64,000 nucleotides of DNA from the NCBI GenBank assembly GCA_045541455.1, contig JAZQJA010000012.1:178-64177 (forward strand). The letters run 5' to 3'. A program made the position numbers and the translations under genes. The notes beneath the pieces were generated by a model. It did not search any database and had not been told where the DNA came from. It saw nothing but the letters and a program-made list of their open reading frames with translations. Positions 63,683-64,000 of the stretch are shown piece by piece; position 1 is the stretch's first letter, and every line of letters starts with the position of its first letter. This stretch comes from Eubacteriales bacterium (lineage in GTDB: Bacteria > Bacillota > Clostridia > Oscillospirales > QAKW01).

Positions 63683-63799
63683 AGTCGGCATAACATATCT
63701 TCCCGGGCCGTCGCCAGCCAAGTATTGTCTGCACAACGAAGCTTAACTACCGTGTTCGGAATGGGAACGGGTGGGACCTTCGTGTAATCTACACCGACT
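63683..63799 (-). rRNA. rrf: 5S ribosomal RNA
   Basis: The minus strand reads AGTCGGTG...CCCACCCGTTCCCATTCCGAACACGGTAGTTAAGC...GCCGACT, with the conserved 5S loop motifs and pairing termini. Length is about 117 nt and the ends are approximate to within 2 nt. Confidence 0.9.
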
Positions 63800-63882
63800 A
63801 AAAATGAATTGAGGAATATACCCTCAAAACTGAATAGAAACTTCTGTTTAAGTTTGCGCCTTATCTCTTTTAACACTTTTCT

Positions 63883-64000
63883 TTGGTCAAGCCCTCGACC
63901 TATTAGTATCAGTCAGCTAAACATATTACTATGCTTACACCTCTGACCTATCAACCTCGTAGTCTTCAAGGGGTCTTACTAGCTTGTGCTATGGGAAGTC
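63883..64000 (-). rRNA. rrl: 23S ribosomal RNA, 3'-terminal fragment (continues beyond the window end)
   Basis: The minus strand reads ...CTTGAAGACTACGAGGTTGATAGGTCAGAGGTGTAAGCATAGTAATATGTTTAGCTGACTGATACTAATAGGTCGAGGGCTTGACC. This is collinear with the conserved 3' end of bacterial 23S rRNA (E. coli ...TTGAAGACGACGACGTTGATAGGCCGGGTGTGTAAGCGCAGCGATGCGTTGAGCTAACCGGTACTAATGAACCGTGAGGCTTAACC). Confidence 0.9.

Noticed and set aside
63640-63876. 78-aa ORF on the minus strand from the ORF track
   Set aside because: It lies entirely over tRNA-Lys, the 5S rRNA and the 23S-5S spacer. It is a spurious ORF inside structural RNA genes.

Overview
This is a 64 kb chromosomal segment from a low-GC Firmicute. 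It is most consistent with a spore-forming member of the Clostridia: it has a PdaA-like deacetylase, a Spo0A_C-domain protein, flippase-mazG-hup-S4 synteny like B. subtilis yabM-yabN/yabO, and CIRCE/hrcA heat-shock control. Gene density is high and about 80 percent of genes lie on the minus strand. I support about 67 protein-coding genes. They include hrcA-grpE-dnaK-dnaJ, fba, rplS, argS, murI, ddl, tadA, hup, trpS, fumC and feoAB. There are also two ABC importers, a BlaI/BlaR1-type module and a MATE pump. RNA genes are one isolated tRNA(CAT) and, at the right edge, the 3' end of an rRNA operon (23S 3' end, 5S, then tRNA-Lys, tRNA-Glu, tRNA-Asn, all on the minus strand). I saw no transposase, integrase, prophage, CRISPR array or recognisable defence system. 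Most of the window is ordinary core genome. The observations most worth a second look are listed here. (1) An unexplained array of eight GTGAAAT-type heptamers, most of them abutting a different short hairpin (six hairpins in total), sits between the rrn-tRNA terminator and a lipoprotein promoter (63223-63397). (2) A promoter, a 24-codon uORF and an intrinsic terminator form a leader in front of the MATE transporter. (3) A Spo0A_C-domain protein with a degenerate receiver domain is co-transcribed with trpS and cell-envelope glycopolymer genes. (4) There are two unusual domain fusions: CCA-adding enzyme + GNAT, and CN-hydrolase + GDPD. (5) An orphan decarboxylase Na+-pump beta subunit is translationally coupled to an AI-2E transporter and an FkbM methyltransferase. 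(6) A small DUF2806-like / DUF3267-like / lipoprotein islet lies next to the rrn-tRNA cluster. All functional calls come from motifs read by eye in the supplied translations. No database search was run.
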